Assembly: GCA_051294375.1 (NCBI GenBank) | Contig: CM119269.1 | Location: forward strand, 8,629,619 to 8,693,618 | Length of the DNA: 64,000 nucleotides | Source: Paraspadella gotoi | Lineage: Eukaryota > Animalia > Chaetognatha | Reading direction: 5' to 3' | Shown: positions 13,213 to 27,650 of the stretch, piece after piece | How the letters are laid out: each line of letters starts with the position of its first letter | Numbering within the stretch: position 1 is the stretch's first letter | Made by a program: the position numbers and the translations under genes | Notes under the pieces: generated by a model | Seen by the model: the letters and a program-made list of their open reading frames with translations, nothing else | Told to the model about the DNA's origin: nothing | Database searches by the model: none

Positions 13213-13824
13213 AGGCGTAGTGAAAGTTAGATACGAAAATTCTAAAAGTCAATTATGAACAACATACTATCAGTGAACATTAATTTGTAAAAAAAAATAA
13301 TTTTATGTTTTTTTAATTTTCGCAGTAGGCCATATTTATATATAGTACTATCCTTATAAAATCGAAAAATTTCAAAATAGGCTTTTCTTAATTTTGATTG
13401 CAGATTTGAATTTCTCGCCAAAAGTTGATAAAAGAAAATATAAATCATTTTTAAAAATTCTTTCATTAAGTGGGTTAAAAATTAAAAAAACTATATTTGA
13501 TATATAAAAAGTTAATTTTCAGCTTAAAATATATAAGCTTTTTCTAATTTTTGACCCACTTAATGAAGGAATTTTTCAAAAAGAGTTATATTTCTTTTTA
13601 TCAACTTTTTATGACGAATCCAAATCTGCAAAAAAAAAATAGAAAAAAACGTTTTGAAATTGTAACATTTATTAGTTGTGTACTAGTATAAATATGACCT
13701 ACTGCGTAAATTGGAAAATTTATTATAAATTGTTTTATTACATAAATGTTCATTAGTATAATGTTGTTCGTTCCTCACTTTTAGAATTTTAATTAAAGTT
13801 AAATTGAGAAAATTTACTACGCCT
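13213..13824. mobile_element. About 610-bp foldback MITE with TIR AGGCGTAGT..ACTACGCCT (Kolobok-like termini, TTAA on the left)
   Basis: The two halves are imperfect reverse complements over most of their length. A second copy lies at 8854-9357. Confidence 0.7.
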
Positions 13825-14530
13825 GTGTCACTCGTCTGCTTCAATTCATGTGGCGTTTGTTAAATCATGGATTTTTTTTTCAGTTTAATTACAATACGAT
13901 AAGTTCATAACATTTAACTTTTTTTTTTACAGAGGAAGTTTTTCTTCTCCAAAATACGTTTGCGAATAATAAAAAAAGGAAAAGATGAAGACAGAGAAAA
14001 AAATTGGAAAAAAATTATTTTACCAACTCGTATTTTTTTATTTAATTCATGTTTAACATTGATTCGAGTTTTTCTGTAAACTTTTAATTTTTTTTTTAAA
14101 TGGCGCTTGTAAAATAAATGCTTTTGATACAAATTTTACATGACTGTTTATTTTATCAATAATGTTTTCAATCAAACGATCAATCATTCGATCAATCATT
14201 CGATCAACGAGTTGATTACAGCTAAATGATAGTAGGCAGATCGGGCATTGTTTGCTCAAAATTGTTTTAATACTGAAGATATTACGATATTTTCTCATTC
14301 CATAATAATTTTTATCTCTAAAATTGATTCTTAACATATAAACTACTCTCCCACACCCTTCCTAATTTGTTTGCTCATTCCTTCACTCTCATCCCAAATT
14401 CTGACCAAATCATCTCACCCGCTGCTTTCTNNNNNNNNNNNNNNNNNNNNNNNNNNNNNNNNNNNNNNNNNNNNNNNNNNNNNNNNNNNNNNNNNNNNNN
14501 NNNNNNNNNNNNNNNNNNNNNNNNNNNNNN

Positions 14531-16117
14531 AGTTAGCCGTCATCAACGCCACCCACGAATATCCAGTAATACCAGAGTCAGACGACGCAAACGTTTCATG
14601 GCCGTTAAAAGTCACGAACAAAATCGGAGACTGGGCAAAGAAAGTGCGACGAATCGCTTATCTAATTAAAGGAATAAAATTATGGATAAAGATGCTAAAA
14701 GACAAAAAGAAGGTAAGCGAACTAAATAACTCAATGACGTTAGACGTAAATTCTGTAAAATACGCGAAAATAAACCTCATAAGGGCGGTTCAACGAAAAC
14801 ACTTTAAAAGGGAGATGTACGAACTGGTCAAGCTGGGCGTCAACTCGCCAGACGCACACAAAGAACTGAGAAATAAATCCACACGGATCAAAGAGTTAAA
14901 CCCATTCATAGACGAAGAAGGATGCTTGAGAACGGGAGGAAGGTTAAGCAATGCACAACATTTATCGTATGACTCAAAACACCCATACATACTGCCAAAA
15001 AACGAAGAAGTCGTGGACGCTATAATCAAAGATGAACATGAACAGTTGTTTCACGCAGGAACGGGAGCCACCTTCCATTCACTCAAACAAAAATACACAC
15101 TATTAGGTGGAAGGCAACATGTGGACACCATAATCAGAAAATGCCTGAAATGTCAAAAATTATTTAAGCAACCCACTCCACAAAAAATGTCAGACCTCCC
15201 GCCCGACCGATCAAACATAACAATCCCATTCAGGGTGACCGGATTGGACGTCTTTGGACCGTTCCTCGTAAAAATGGCGGGAAGAGGACTAAACAAGAAA
15301 AATGTGTTACTACTAACGTGTCTCGCCACCAGGGCAGTCGCATTTGAAGTTCTTAAAGATATGTCGACAGCCTCCGTCCTTAACGCTCTGATACGATTTA
15401 AAAATTCTTGCCCGGGATTAGAAGTACTGGTATCAGACAATGGAACAAACTTCACCGGAGCGGCCCACGAAATTGAAAAACAACTGACAGCACTAAAGCG
15501 AAACACAAAACTAACGGATGAAATAGCTATGAGAGGAATAGAGAAATTCGGCCCACCGAACGCCCCCATTGGGAGCATATGGGAAAGAATGCGTGAAATC
15601 AGCGAAAAAACACATCGCCGGGCCATGCCCAAACAGCCAGACCTCGACACCTTACGACAATACTATGTGAGATTTTCAGGAATACTGAACCGCCGACCAC
15701 TCACGATACACGTCCTCAGATCCAAATGAAGAAACAGTACTGTCCCCTATGAACTTTATATACCCATATACACACTCGTCAACGGCACTGACATTACTAC
15801 CTCACACGCCGGAAGAAGGAGATCGAATGAGGGCAACCTGGAAACAAGTAAGAGAAGCGGCGGATGAATTTTGGACCAGATGGTCAACCGAATACTTAAC
15901 AACTCTCCAAAAACGTCAAAAATGGACAAAGTCATATGACGACATGAGAAAAGGAAAATTAGTGATAGTAGTAGAAAATAACCTTCCACGAGACGTTTGG
16001 AAAATAGGAAGAATAACTGAAACAGACAAGCATGATAGAGAAGCTATGATAAAACTAATGAACGGAAAAACAATCAGAAGGCACAAATTATCGTTAGTGC
16101 CGCTCGAACTAGAGTAA
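14531..16117 (+). mobile_element. BEL/Pao LTR retrotransposon pol 3' part: integrase (H2C2 zinc finger, DDE core, C-terminal DUF5641-like domain), frameshifted around 15550-15750
   Basis: Motifs LNPFIDEEGCLRTGGRL, KHPYILP, HEQLFHAG..CLKCQK, PFRVTGLDVFGP, TCLATRAVAFE, SDNGTNF, WER and FWTRWSTEYLTTLQKRQKW..W.IGRI. The 5' part is lost in the N gap. Confidence 0.92.
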
Positions 16118-16464
16118 GAAAAAAATCTAAAAAACCCAACATGGCGGCATGACAAAACAATGAAAGGAGACGAATATGGGAAGAAAGGAGAATCCAAAGC
16201 AAGCAAATATCGTAGCAACCGAACAACATAGGATGCAAAAAAAATCGTCAAAGGGTAAAAAATCACGATAGGGAAGTCACAAAAAAAAAATCCACGTCGT
16301 TGAAATAATTCTAATCCAAAAAAAAAATGGAACGAGACGCGGATATAATTGAAATAGGGATAAAACAAGAAGAACAAGAGGAATTCGAGTTCGGTGCTCA
16401 CTGGCCAAAGGTAAATAGTACACAGTACATGAGCAAATAAATATAAAATAAATACTAAAAACGA

Positions 16465-17487
16465 ATGCAAATGAGTAATACAAACGAATCAAATCAGTGG
16501 GTGATCGACGCATACAGAACAAGGCGAGAGTCCGGAGAAGTATCGAAGGCAGCGGCCAAAGCAAAACGCGACATCTCAGTTTCCCTAGTGACGCGGAGCC
16601 AAGACGAATGGGCATTCCTCGGGATATGGGACGAATTAGAAGAGATCCCGGCTCTAGTCAAAAGTATCAGAGAGGCCTGGGAGGCGGTTGCAAAAGGAAG
16701 GAACTGGTCCATGGAAAACTTCTGGATTTTCATCAGAAGAAACATCAGGGGAGAATCAACGAGAGGACGAGTAGGAGGAGAGAGGGAAAGAGAAAGAGAG
16801 GATTACAGAAAAACAGGTAGATACGGAGAAAGAAGCCGGTCGAGGGAACCAGATAGGCAACTACAAACCATGAACACGATGGAAAAAGAAATCTTAAAAT
16901 TGAAGGGACATCAACAGCAACTGGAAAATAATATTGAGTGGTTGAAGATGAAGCTCCAAATTAGCGAGAGTGCGAGAAAGCAGGAACTTAAAGAGTACGA
17001 AGAAAAATTGGCCGGAATAATCAAGGAAAAGGCAGAAGCGGAACTAAAGTGGCAGAGGATGTTGGAATTGGCCCTGAGGGGAAGAAGATACTCGCCCGAA
17101 AGGTGGGAGCCGATGGAAATCTATCAACCCCGAAATCAGACGAGACATGAAGGACAAAACGAGGTGAAAAATGCCGAGCCCGAATCAAAAAGGGATGAAG
17201 AGAACAAAACGGGATTGAAATTCAAATTAATAAGATCAAATGAAAGGGAGACCGGAGGCGAAAAAATGTACAAAATAATCCGGCAAAAGGAAGAAAAGGC
17301 CGAGAAAGGCGGGCGCGGGGGACTCGACGTAAAGAGTCCAAAGGCACCTGCGCCCAAACACGCCACGTCAACCCACAGTCAACCCACAGCCAACAGGGAG
17401 AAAAAGGAACACGAGGCGTCGAATCAGAGCAAAGCCAGATCAAAGAAGACAAAGAACGACAGCCGAAAGGTGACTTTAAAAAAGTAG
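16465..17487 (+). CDS. Extra 340-aa charged/coiled-coil ORF downstream of integrase within the BEL/Pao element
   Basis: Uninterrupted ORF with the same A-rich codon bias as pol. It ends just before a purine-rich tract at about 17500-17515. Confidence 0.6.
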   Translation: MQMSNTNESNQWVIDAYRTRRESGEVSKAAAKAKRDISVSLVTRSQDEWAFLGIWDELEEIPALVKSIREAWEAVAKGRNWSMENFWIFIRRNIRGESTRGRVGGEREREREDYRKTGRYGERSRSREPDRQLQTMNTMEKEILKLKGHQQQLENNIEWLKMKLQISESARKQELKEYEEKLAGIIKEKAEAELKWQRMLELALRGRRYSPERWEPMEIYQPRNQTRHEGQNEVKNAEPESKRDEENKTGLKFKLIRSNERETGGEKMYKIIRQKEEKAEKGGRGGLDVKSPKAPAPKHATSTHSQPTANREKKEHEASNQSKARSKKTKNDSRKVTLKK

Positions 17488-17515
17488 GAGACGTCGTTAA
17501 GCTGGGAGCTGGGAA

Positions 17516-18584
17516 TATCAAATTTACTACATACCAAGCACTGTTGAATTATCGTCGCTTATTGCGTTTATTATGCTGTTATATATATTGTTGGCCGTTG
17601 TTCTTGTTGGTCGCATTTATCTTTACGAGTTCACAGTCCGAGAAAAACTGTTATTATTGATGGTCGCTCAGATAAAATCTGAGCATTTATCTTATCAAGT
17701 TCATATTCTGAGAAAAGCTGTACTGCTGTCATTGGAGACATAATTACCCTGCGCGAATGCTGCGCTGCCGCCAAAATATCGGCCCGAAAAAAAACGGGGG
17801 AAGGAGAAAGGAAATTATAGTTTTTTTGGCGGGCCGAGAGGAGAATTATTATCCTGTTGCATCAAAGACGTATTGGACGTATTGCCGCTTCAATCATTAC
17901 GGTAAAATTCATGTTGCTACGGTGTGAGTGAGAAAGAACGAAGTCAGAAGGAGCTGCGGCTGGCCGACGCTGGCGGTACGAGAGGATTCAGATGGGGACA
18001 AGGAGCAGCAGTCAACGCAGCAGACCGACGGAGCGGAAATCGAGCAAGGATCGTGACGCGGCAGCAGAGCAGTCAACGCCGCAGACAGACGGAGGAAGAG
18101 GCAGCAGCAAAGGGAAAATTGCATGTCAGCTGCGAAGCACCGCGCCGATAGGAATGAAATTTTAAATTTTAAAAAAAATTTATGGGGACTATAGAGAAAG
18201 ACGGCGCGATGCGGCGCCGCTGGCACGGCAATGGGCGTGGCGGACGCTTAGCGTCGGGACGCCGATTAAGCGAACCGGCGCTAAGAATCCGCGCGTAGGG
18301 ATTTAGAGACGCGGTGCCGAGGACACGGAGCAGAACGAGATTTGAATTATTTTTCCTTTCTTTAATTTATGCTAAATTATGTCACTTAGTCTATGGGAAG
18401 CCTAAGATGTGAGTTTAAATGATAGTTTAAATGATAGTTATAATGATAATAAGTATTTAAATAATTTAGGTATTAAACTCCTCATTATACTTGTTGTACA
18501 TAATGGCTAATATACTCTGTTGAACGTAGTAAAGTGGTTGTCGCTGATAGGACGCACAGGAGAGTACCCATTACTAAGTTGATA
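17516..18584 (+). mobile_element. Putative 3' LTR of the BEL/Pao element
   Basis: Follows the PPT-like gctgggagctgggaa and is bounded by the short inverted repeat TATCAAATT...AAGTTGATA. No 5' LTR is available to confirm it. Confidence 0.35.
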
Positions 18585-19110
18585 CCTAATATCACTTATT
18601 TATATAAATATATGCATGAAGTTTTAAAGATTTCAGATTAAGCCAATAAGTCGCCATTTTAGATTAACGGATGGAGGTAATTAGCATAATCACAACAATT
18701 TAAAGTTAAAAAGTTCTAAGTACTAGTATAATAAGTAAATAATTAAATATATTTTTCGCTATTACTGGATTTTCTTTAATCTCGCTCCAAAAAAATCCGT
18801 TTGAGTGAGACACGAACCTTACCCGTCGCATCGCAAACTATTTTCCGATCTCAATGCGCCACCGAAAAAAAAAGTCTCTTTAAAATCTCTCTTTGATTAT
18901 ATTGATTATATTTTTAACGAGTTAAGGGTGAGTCGAGTGGGTGAGGAAAGGGGGGCGGAAAGGGTGAGGACAGAGGGGGACGGAGTGGATTGAAGGTAAG
19001 GTACTCTCTCAGAATGGGTCGGATCGACGGGGAAGTTCGCAACGCGAACATAAGCGAATCCCAGTTTCCTTTCCAAAGCCCCTGGATGAGTTTCAAGGCT
19101 GTCTTTCTTG

Positions 19111-19151
<41 letters not shown>

Positions 19152-20945
19152 TCTCTTCCTCTTGCGTCTCTCTCTCTCTCTCTCTCTCCCTCTCTCTCTC
19201 TCTCTCTTCTCTCTCTTTCTCTCTCTCTCTCTCTCTTCCACCGTAACTTCCCTCATTCTCCCTTTCCCGACGACAACAACAACAACAACCGCAGAGGGAA
19301 AACAAAAGGCGCGAAGGTTGAGTTTTGAAGGAAAGTAATTAGTCGCTCGTTGGCGCTGCGATCGCCCAAGGATGCGACGGAGACGGGGGGGAAAACATTA
19401 ACAAAAGACGGTAACGACGACGACGACGACGACTATGAAAACGACGACGACGAGGATAAACAAAAGAAACGCATAAGCGATAAAAAATAAGATGACAGCG
19501 AAAGAAAATTAGAAAGGAGAGCCGAGTACCGGGTTGGGTATCAGGGTAAGTGGAGGCCGGGTAAGGCGAAAAAAAAATCAAGCGGTGTAGGAAAAGTCCT
19601 GACAAACGGAACAGAAAATAACAGAGAAGATTTTTTTTATGCGAGTTTAGATTAAAATAGAAAAAAATCTCTAGAGCGAAGATTTTCTTCTTTTTTTTTT
19701 ATAATTTAATATGTAACTTTTTTTATCTTGTTTTATCTTTTTTTATTTTTACATGTAAAAAAAATTTACCTTTAGTAGCTTCTCGCTCGGTTGATGTTTG
19801 TAACGGAGGACGACGACGACGACGACGACGACGACATCTTCACGCCACGGCGCAATAATTGGAATCCTGGGTCTTTGAAATTTAAAAAAAATTGGGGGAA
19901 GAAGAGCTTTTCTCTTTTTCCCCTTCCACTTTGACTGCTCGCGATCCTGGTGGCGGAAAGAAGTCGACGACGACGATGAATACGACGACCAACGACGACG
20001 AAGAAAAAGAAAAAAAAAAGGAAGACGACTGAGTGACGTCATTTTGCTGATTCGCGGTGGAAAAACGAGGAACATAAAACAGATGTTGCGCGGGGGAAAA
20101 GTGGAGAAGATGTAAATGGAAGTAAAAGATGGAAAGGGGAGATAGAAATGGAAATAAGAGAGAGAAGTGGAAGATTGAAAGGGAAGATAGAAATTCAAAT
20201 ACACTTATGTATAACTTTAAATTCCAGATACATTTTTCAAAATTTTATAAGAAAAATTTATTTAAAAAAAAAAAATTAATATATCTAAATTTTATTACAA
20301 CCGGTCACGTGGTTTAGGAGATATGATTTTTTAAAATTGAGTGTTCCAAAACCAAATAGGAAAATCAACTTTTATCTAAAAGCTTCAGAATTCATTGTAT
20401 GTTTCAATATTTTGATAAAATTTATACCAAGCTTATCATCTTTCAATAAACTTTAATTTATTTTTTAAAATCTTTTTAAAAATTCAAGTATATAAGGTGA
20501 TTTTTATGCACATGACTGTAAAAGAGAGAAGCGGAAAATGTAAAGGGAAGATGGAAAGGGAAGATTGAAATGGGAATAAAAGATAGAAACAGAAATAAAA
20601 GAGGCAAACAGAAATGAAATTTAAAGGGGGAAATGGAAGATGGAAATGGAAATACAAGATCGAAAGGAAAATAAAACAGGGAAGATAGAAATAGAAATAA
20701 AAAGGGAAGATATTAATAAAAGATGAAAAAGGCAAGATAGAAATGAAAGATAAATGAGGGAAGATAGAAATTGAAATAAAAGAGGGAAGATAGAAATTGA
20801 AATAAAGGAGGAAAGATAGAAATTGAAATAAAAGAGGGAAGATAGAAATGGAAAATGAAAACGGGAAGATATAAATGGAAGATAAAAGAGGGAAGATATA
20901 AATGGAAGATGAAGATAAAAATGGGTAAAAAGGGAAAAAGGATAT

Positions 20946-21040
20946 GTAGTCGGGCATTGCCTAGGTTCACCCCGCCTATAAGCATGACACCTTCAGTCCT
21001 GACCCGGTGGCTCATTGAGTAAAGCCATCAGCTCATGACC
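20946..21040 (+). repeat. Family C repeat fragment, upstream part without the ribozyme
   Basis: gtagtcgggcattg...cccggtggctcattgagta.a.ccatcag.tcatg.cc is shared with 51347-51460. Confidence 0.6.
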
Positions 21041-21214
21041 ACATTTTAAAAAAAACAATAAACTCGTGACATGACATGACATGACGTGAAATGATGGAGT
21101 CGTCAAAGAGGTTACCCTCGGGGATAAACTCAAAGATCGAAAGGAAGAAGCGAAAGGATTTTGGAATTTGCGAGGCGAAGATGGGAAGAGACGTGAGATA
21201 AGAAAGAGGGATCA

Positions 21215-21420
21215 ATGGATTTCATGGATGATGGAGATGGCGTGGAAGAAGGCGTAGATGATGGGGATAGCATGGATGATGGCATGGATGAAAGAGATGG
21301 CGTGGAAGATAGCGTGGATGATGGAGAAGGCATGGAAGATAGCGTGGATGATGAAGATGGCATGGAAGATGGCATGGATGATGGCGTGGATGATGGAGAT
21401 TGCATGAAAGATTGCACTGC
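21215..21420. repeat. Degenerate GATGGC(A/G)TGGA minisatellite
   Basis: Repeating gatggcatggat/gaagatagcgtggat units. Confidence 0.7.
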
Positions 21421-21752
21421 TAAAAGAGATAGCATTGAAAATTATAAGGGAGATGTCGTTCCAAAAGGAAATTTATGTTAAATGTCGTAGATGACGATGT
21501 TGACATTGTACCCTGGGCTGGCTTTGACATCGCTAATAAAAATAGGATAACAAAGATACTGGAAAGTCAAACGGTATCACAGAAGGTGACTGCAAGGCAG
21601 GAGGATTTTAAATGTTATAACAGATGGAAATAAAGATGGTGGCTCGCAGATGTAGAGGAAAGCGTCTTCTTAGTTGGAGACTCGACAACCAGAATTAATC
21701 AATTACCGGATTTTATGCGAATTAAGCCTTCCTTTTTCCCCTTCTTTCTCTT

Positions 21753-21878
<126 letters not shown>

Positions 21879-22420
21879 CCCGCACGAGTGGTCGCCGCTC
21901 GTTAGAAAAAAAAACGGGTTCAGGATTGCGTGAACATCGCAACAGCGCCTCCGCGTGAGTCGTCCTTGTTTCACATTTTATTATAAAAATCGCTTTATCT
22001 TTCATTCAATTATGCGATGCGGCGACGGCGGCGGCGGCGGCGGCGGCGTCCTCAGCGACGTGGTCGGTGTTGGTGCCGAGAAATCAGATTAGCAAAACCG
22101 ATTTTATTTTTCACTCGCGTTTTTATTCGTTTCTAACGCGAAAAAATTGAGCGGAAATAAAATTAAAAAATACTTTATTTATTTAAATAATATTATTTGA
22201 AGAAAAGAATGACTCAATGTATATTTGTGTAAATGAATAGGAAACAAGTAGGGGCAACAATATCACGTAAACCGGCTAATTCTAAAAGAATATTGGCATT
22301 TATGACACTTTCTTTCTTATACAAACAAACTAAACGTGTGTAAACATTTGAGAAAATTTGTCCGTGAAGGTCTTAATACAACGGCTCAGAATCGAATTGT
22401 TTCGATCTTAAAATCGCGTT

Positions 22421-23790
<1,370 letters not shown>

Positions 23791-23867
23791 CGAGATTGCA
23801 AAATGGATTTAGATTTGCGGTTTTAATTCCGCTTTGGACGGTATCGAAACGCAAGATATGTACGTAC

Positions 23868-23930
<63 letters not shown>

Positions 23931-24909
23931 TCACTGATTCGATGTCAAAAGTAAGATAGAGACAGAGAGGATTTCAAACGAGAGAACCAATTCTCTGATT
24001 GTGCATTGTGGCAATAGCAAACCGACAACAACAACAACAACAACAACGACGAAAAATACTCTTCGGTCGATACGGGTCAGGATCGTTCTGTCGCTCGACG
24101 TCTAAGAGATTGGTCTCGTATTGGCCTAATTTATGTCATTGTGATTGCTTATATTATTTATATTTTGACGAGTTTTTTAAACAAATCGATGTTTAGAACA
24201 CAATACTGGTAAAGCACGCGGAATTAAGGATTTTTGGTAAAGATCATCGTCCGTTAAACTAATTTTAATTAGTTATATAAAATTAAAAGAGGCAACGTGT
24301 AATCGTAATTTGATAATTCAAATGCGGGTGGTTTTAAATTTGATTTTTCCGGATTGCTCTAAGAAAATATCAAGGTTATCATTACCCCGAATTATGGGTT
24401 TATTGCATTAGTGCTTTAAAAAAAAAATGCGGGCATCGTAGCATCTTTCGTCACCTGCCAAAAATGCTGCAGAAGATGAAAGACAGCGTCACGACTTTTG
24501 AAGGAGGAGAACCAAAATTTGGACGGTGGATCGGAATCTGGAAGAACGAAGGGGAGTTTGGAAGAACAATTATGAAATCTTGTAAGAGATTGATTCTTAG
24601 AATAATACTAAATGAGATTGAGATTTCATCAATATCATTTGCATAGAGTAGTAAATCGTTTCAAGTCCGATTGATTTTTGTACCGTTTTATTATTAGGCA
24701 TATTTTTGAATTTTATAATGATTTTCTATATTGTTAAGTAGTTTAATTGATTAATTTTGTGATAATTTGATAGAATATTTATGACATTAATGATTGAGAG
24801 TTTATCTCTATTCTGGCTGACCTTTTCATAACTCATAAATTCTTTATTATTTAAAGGTGATATCAAAGGTTATGGCTTAGTTCTGGCGAAGTAGTTTTCA
24901 TGGTAAGTA

Positions 24910-25480
24910 GGGGTAGCCGCACTCAATGGGGTGAGTCAAAATTTAGAGTGAGTACATGCTCAAACGAATATTTTAGACATTTTTAAGAATACTTTCAATG
25001 GACAAAAAATTTATAATATGGCTCTATACACCTAGTAATTAATTTTTAAATATTTATTTATAGATAGGAAAGGCCAAAAAAATTTTTTAAGAATTTTTAA
25101 ATTTTAGACCAGATTCAGATAGCTCATAAAAAGTTATCTACACAAAGTATAATTCTTTTTAAATATTTTTACGATAAGTGTATCAAAAATAAGAAAAACA
25201 TATAAAAAATCATCATTATCATCATCTTTTGATGATTTTATCAGTTTTTTTATATTTTCACTTAGAAAATGTAAGATTTTTAAAAGCTGTAATTATAATT
25301 TCTTGTTTAAATTTTTATGCTCTATCAGAATCCATCAAAAAAATTTTAAGATTTAAAAAAAATTTTTTTGCTCTATATAGTAATATAATATTTTTAATTA
25401 GGCTAGTACCCTCAGAAGAAAAGCATTTTTGAAAAAAAATATTTTAATACCATAACCTAATGGTCAAGAATGATTATTTT
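24910..25480. mobile_element. AT-rich foldback/non-autonomous DNA element remnant
   Basis: Internal inverted repeat (about 25020-25140 vs 25300-25400). The segment gctctatcagaatc is shared with 47230. Confidence 0.35.
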
Positions 25481-25817
25481 AATGCTGTATATATTAGCAT
25501 TTAAAATTTCATCGGCTATGGCTAATGTAAGATTCTGGCTTTATGTATTAAGCTTTGTATTAAATAATCAATAATTGACACTGTTTTTGATTTTGTCAAT
25601 ACTGCTTTGTATAAATAATCAATAATTGATACTGGTTTTTTATTTTGTCAATACTGTTTTTGGTATTAAAAAAAATCAATAATTATGTTAATAAAGATAA
25701 AAATATATATTTCTATTTAGTTTATTAGCTATAGTAATAAATCTCAAGTAAATTAAGAAAGGCAGCGCGAGCACTATCACTGAAGAATTGAAGATGCAAC
25801 CTTATGAAGGATATAAA

Positions 25818-25910
25818 TATGAAATTGGTACAACCAATATAAAAATTATCCATTCATTTAATAAATAAGCTATCTTGCCCCTGACTTTGGACAAGGCTTT
25901 GTGTGTTTAA
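25818..25910 (-). mobile_element. Family A truncated copy whose homology stops at the ribozyme cleavage site
   Basis: tatgaaattgg...tatcttgcccctgactttggacaaggctttgtgtgtttaa, then unrelated sequence. Confidence 0.7.
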
Positions 25911-26352
25911 TTTTAATTTTAATTCATAACCTGAGTGCCACTCATATAATCTGTTTTGATAATACTTTGACGTGCTAGTTAATCTTGTCGATATGTTTGT
26001 AAAATATCACGCCATGCCATTTCAGTCTGTCTCATCTTACAAAATAAAAGTTTCTAAACATTATATCTCCTCTTTACATTCACCAATTTCCTCCTCAGAC
26101 TTGAATATGCGAGGGTGAAATACAAAAAGATTTTTCACAATGTCTCTTTAAATATAGTTGTCGTACATCCTCAATGAAAGATACCATTCAGAGTACATTA
26201 CAAATGCTTTTATTAAATAGAACTTTTTCATTCGTCATCAAAGTTTCTGCTCAAAGCGAATCTACGTATGATTTGTAATTTTATTTTAGAGAATGAATGT
26301 TTAATAATAGGAATTCACTCAATTTTTTTTTTACAGATTGTTGACAATGAAA

Positions 26353-26387
<35 letters not shown>

Positions 26388-27054
26388 GTCGGCGTCGTCG
26401 TCGTCGTCGTCGTCCGTGTCGTCGTTCGTCGTCTCTCGCTCGCAGGTCATCGAAGCTTTTATTTCATCCTTCTTCCATCATAAGAGTTCGGAGGCGGGTC
26501 ATGTCGATGTGAGCGGTGAATTGAATGACTTGATGATAATCGAGATCCAATTCTTATAGATTATGAGAGAGAGAGAGATATCGAAGTTAGGTAGAAAGAG
26601 TATTGTTTTGTAGTATGATGAGAGAGTGTGAGAGAGATATGGTTGTTAGAGTGTAATTTGATTGTTTAGTTAGAGAGAGGAGAGAGAGAGGAAGAGAGAG
26701 AGAGAGATAGAGAGAGTTAGAAGAGGAAATGAATTAGAGAGGAGAAATTTTTATATTGAATCTCTCTTCGAAAGGTAATAAATGAGTCCAAGTTTTTTAT
26801 TGTTGTTTTTCTTCGGAAGTAAGGATATGGAGGTGGAGTGGTGGGGCGAATCGGAAGAAATGACAATATTGTGTGGAAGAAAAGAGGAGAATAGGAAAAG
26901 AGTTGAGAGGAAAGAAAAATAGTAAAGACCATTAAAAAAAGAAAATTGGAAAGGGGAGAAATATGACGAAGAAAGTAAGAGAGGTGGAGATAGAAAACTA
27001 ATAGGAGAGAAGATGGGAAAGGATGAGAGAGCATTATTGATAATAGGGTGTTCG

Positions 27055-27282
27055 CAGGATTACGCCCACGTATTATTGGGCCCATAGGATTGCGCCCCTA
27101 GGATTTCGCCCACGTGGAATTGCGCCCACGCAGAATTGAGCCCCAAGTAAAGCTCCCATAGTATTGGTCCCTTGAAGGTTTCCTCCAACATAGCATTGGG
27201 CCCGAAGGATTGAGCCCATAGTATTTCGTCCACAAGATTGCGCCCACATAGGATTCCGCCCACATATGATTTGGCCCATATT
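27055..27282. repeat. About 17-20-bp tandem repeat (ggattgcgcccacgta / tattgggcccata)
   Basis: About 12 degenerate units are visible. Confidence 0.7.
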
Positions 27283-27525
27283 AAAAGAAGAAATATAAAA
27301 TGAGTACAGAAAGAAAGGACAAAATAGAACAGAATTTATAAGAGAATAAGAAAAGAGAAAGAAAAAAAAGGATTCGTTTTTTGATTCGTTTTTCTGTTTT
27401 CGGTGTCGAGTTATCAACAGTCATCTGTCGGTTTCCATCATTGTCCTTTGCGCCATCTTGTATCTGATTTCCTTTTACGAACTGACAGTTGTCGGTTTCC
27501 ATCTCGCCAAAATATCCCTTCTTAA

Positions 27526-27650
27526 CATTCATTAAACAAAAAAAGCCTGTCCAAACTTTGGACGGGCTATGGTGGGTTAACGCCTACATCCCTCTTACTA
27601 GATCATAAATAGCAAGGCCGTAAAAGCTTTCAAGCAAAAATGTCTCCTTT
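27526..27650 (-). mobile_element. Divergent family A-related copy with a decayed twister core
   Basis: actttggacgggctatggtgggttaacgcctacatccctcttac aligns to the family A ribozyme, followed by atagcaagg...aagctttcaa. Confidence 0.55.
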
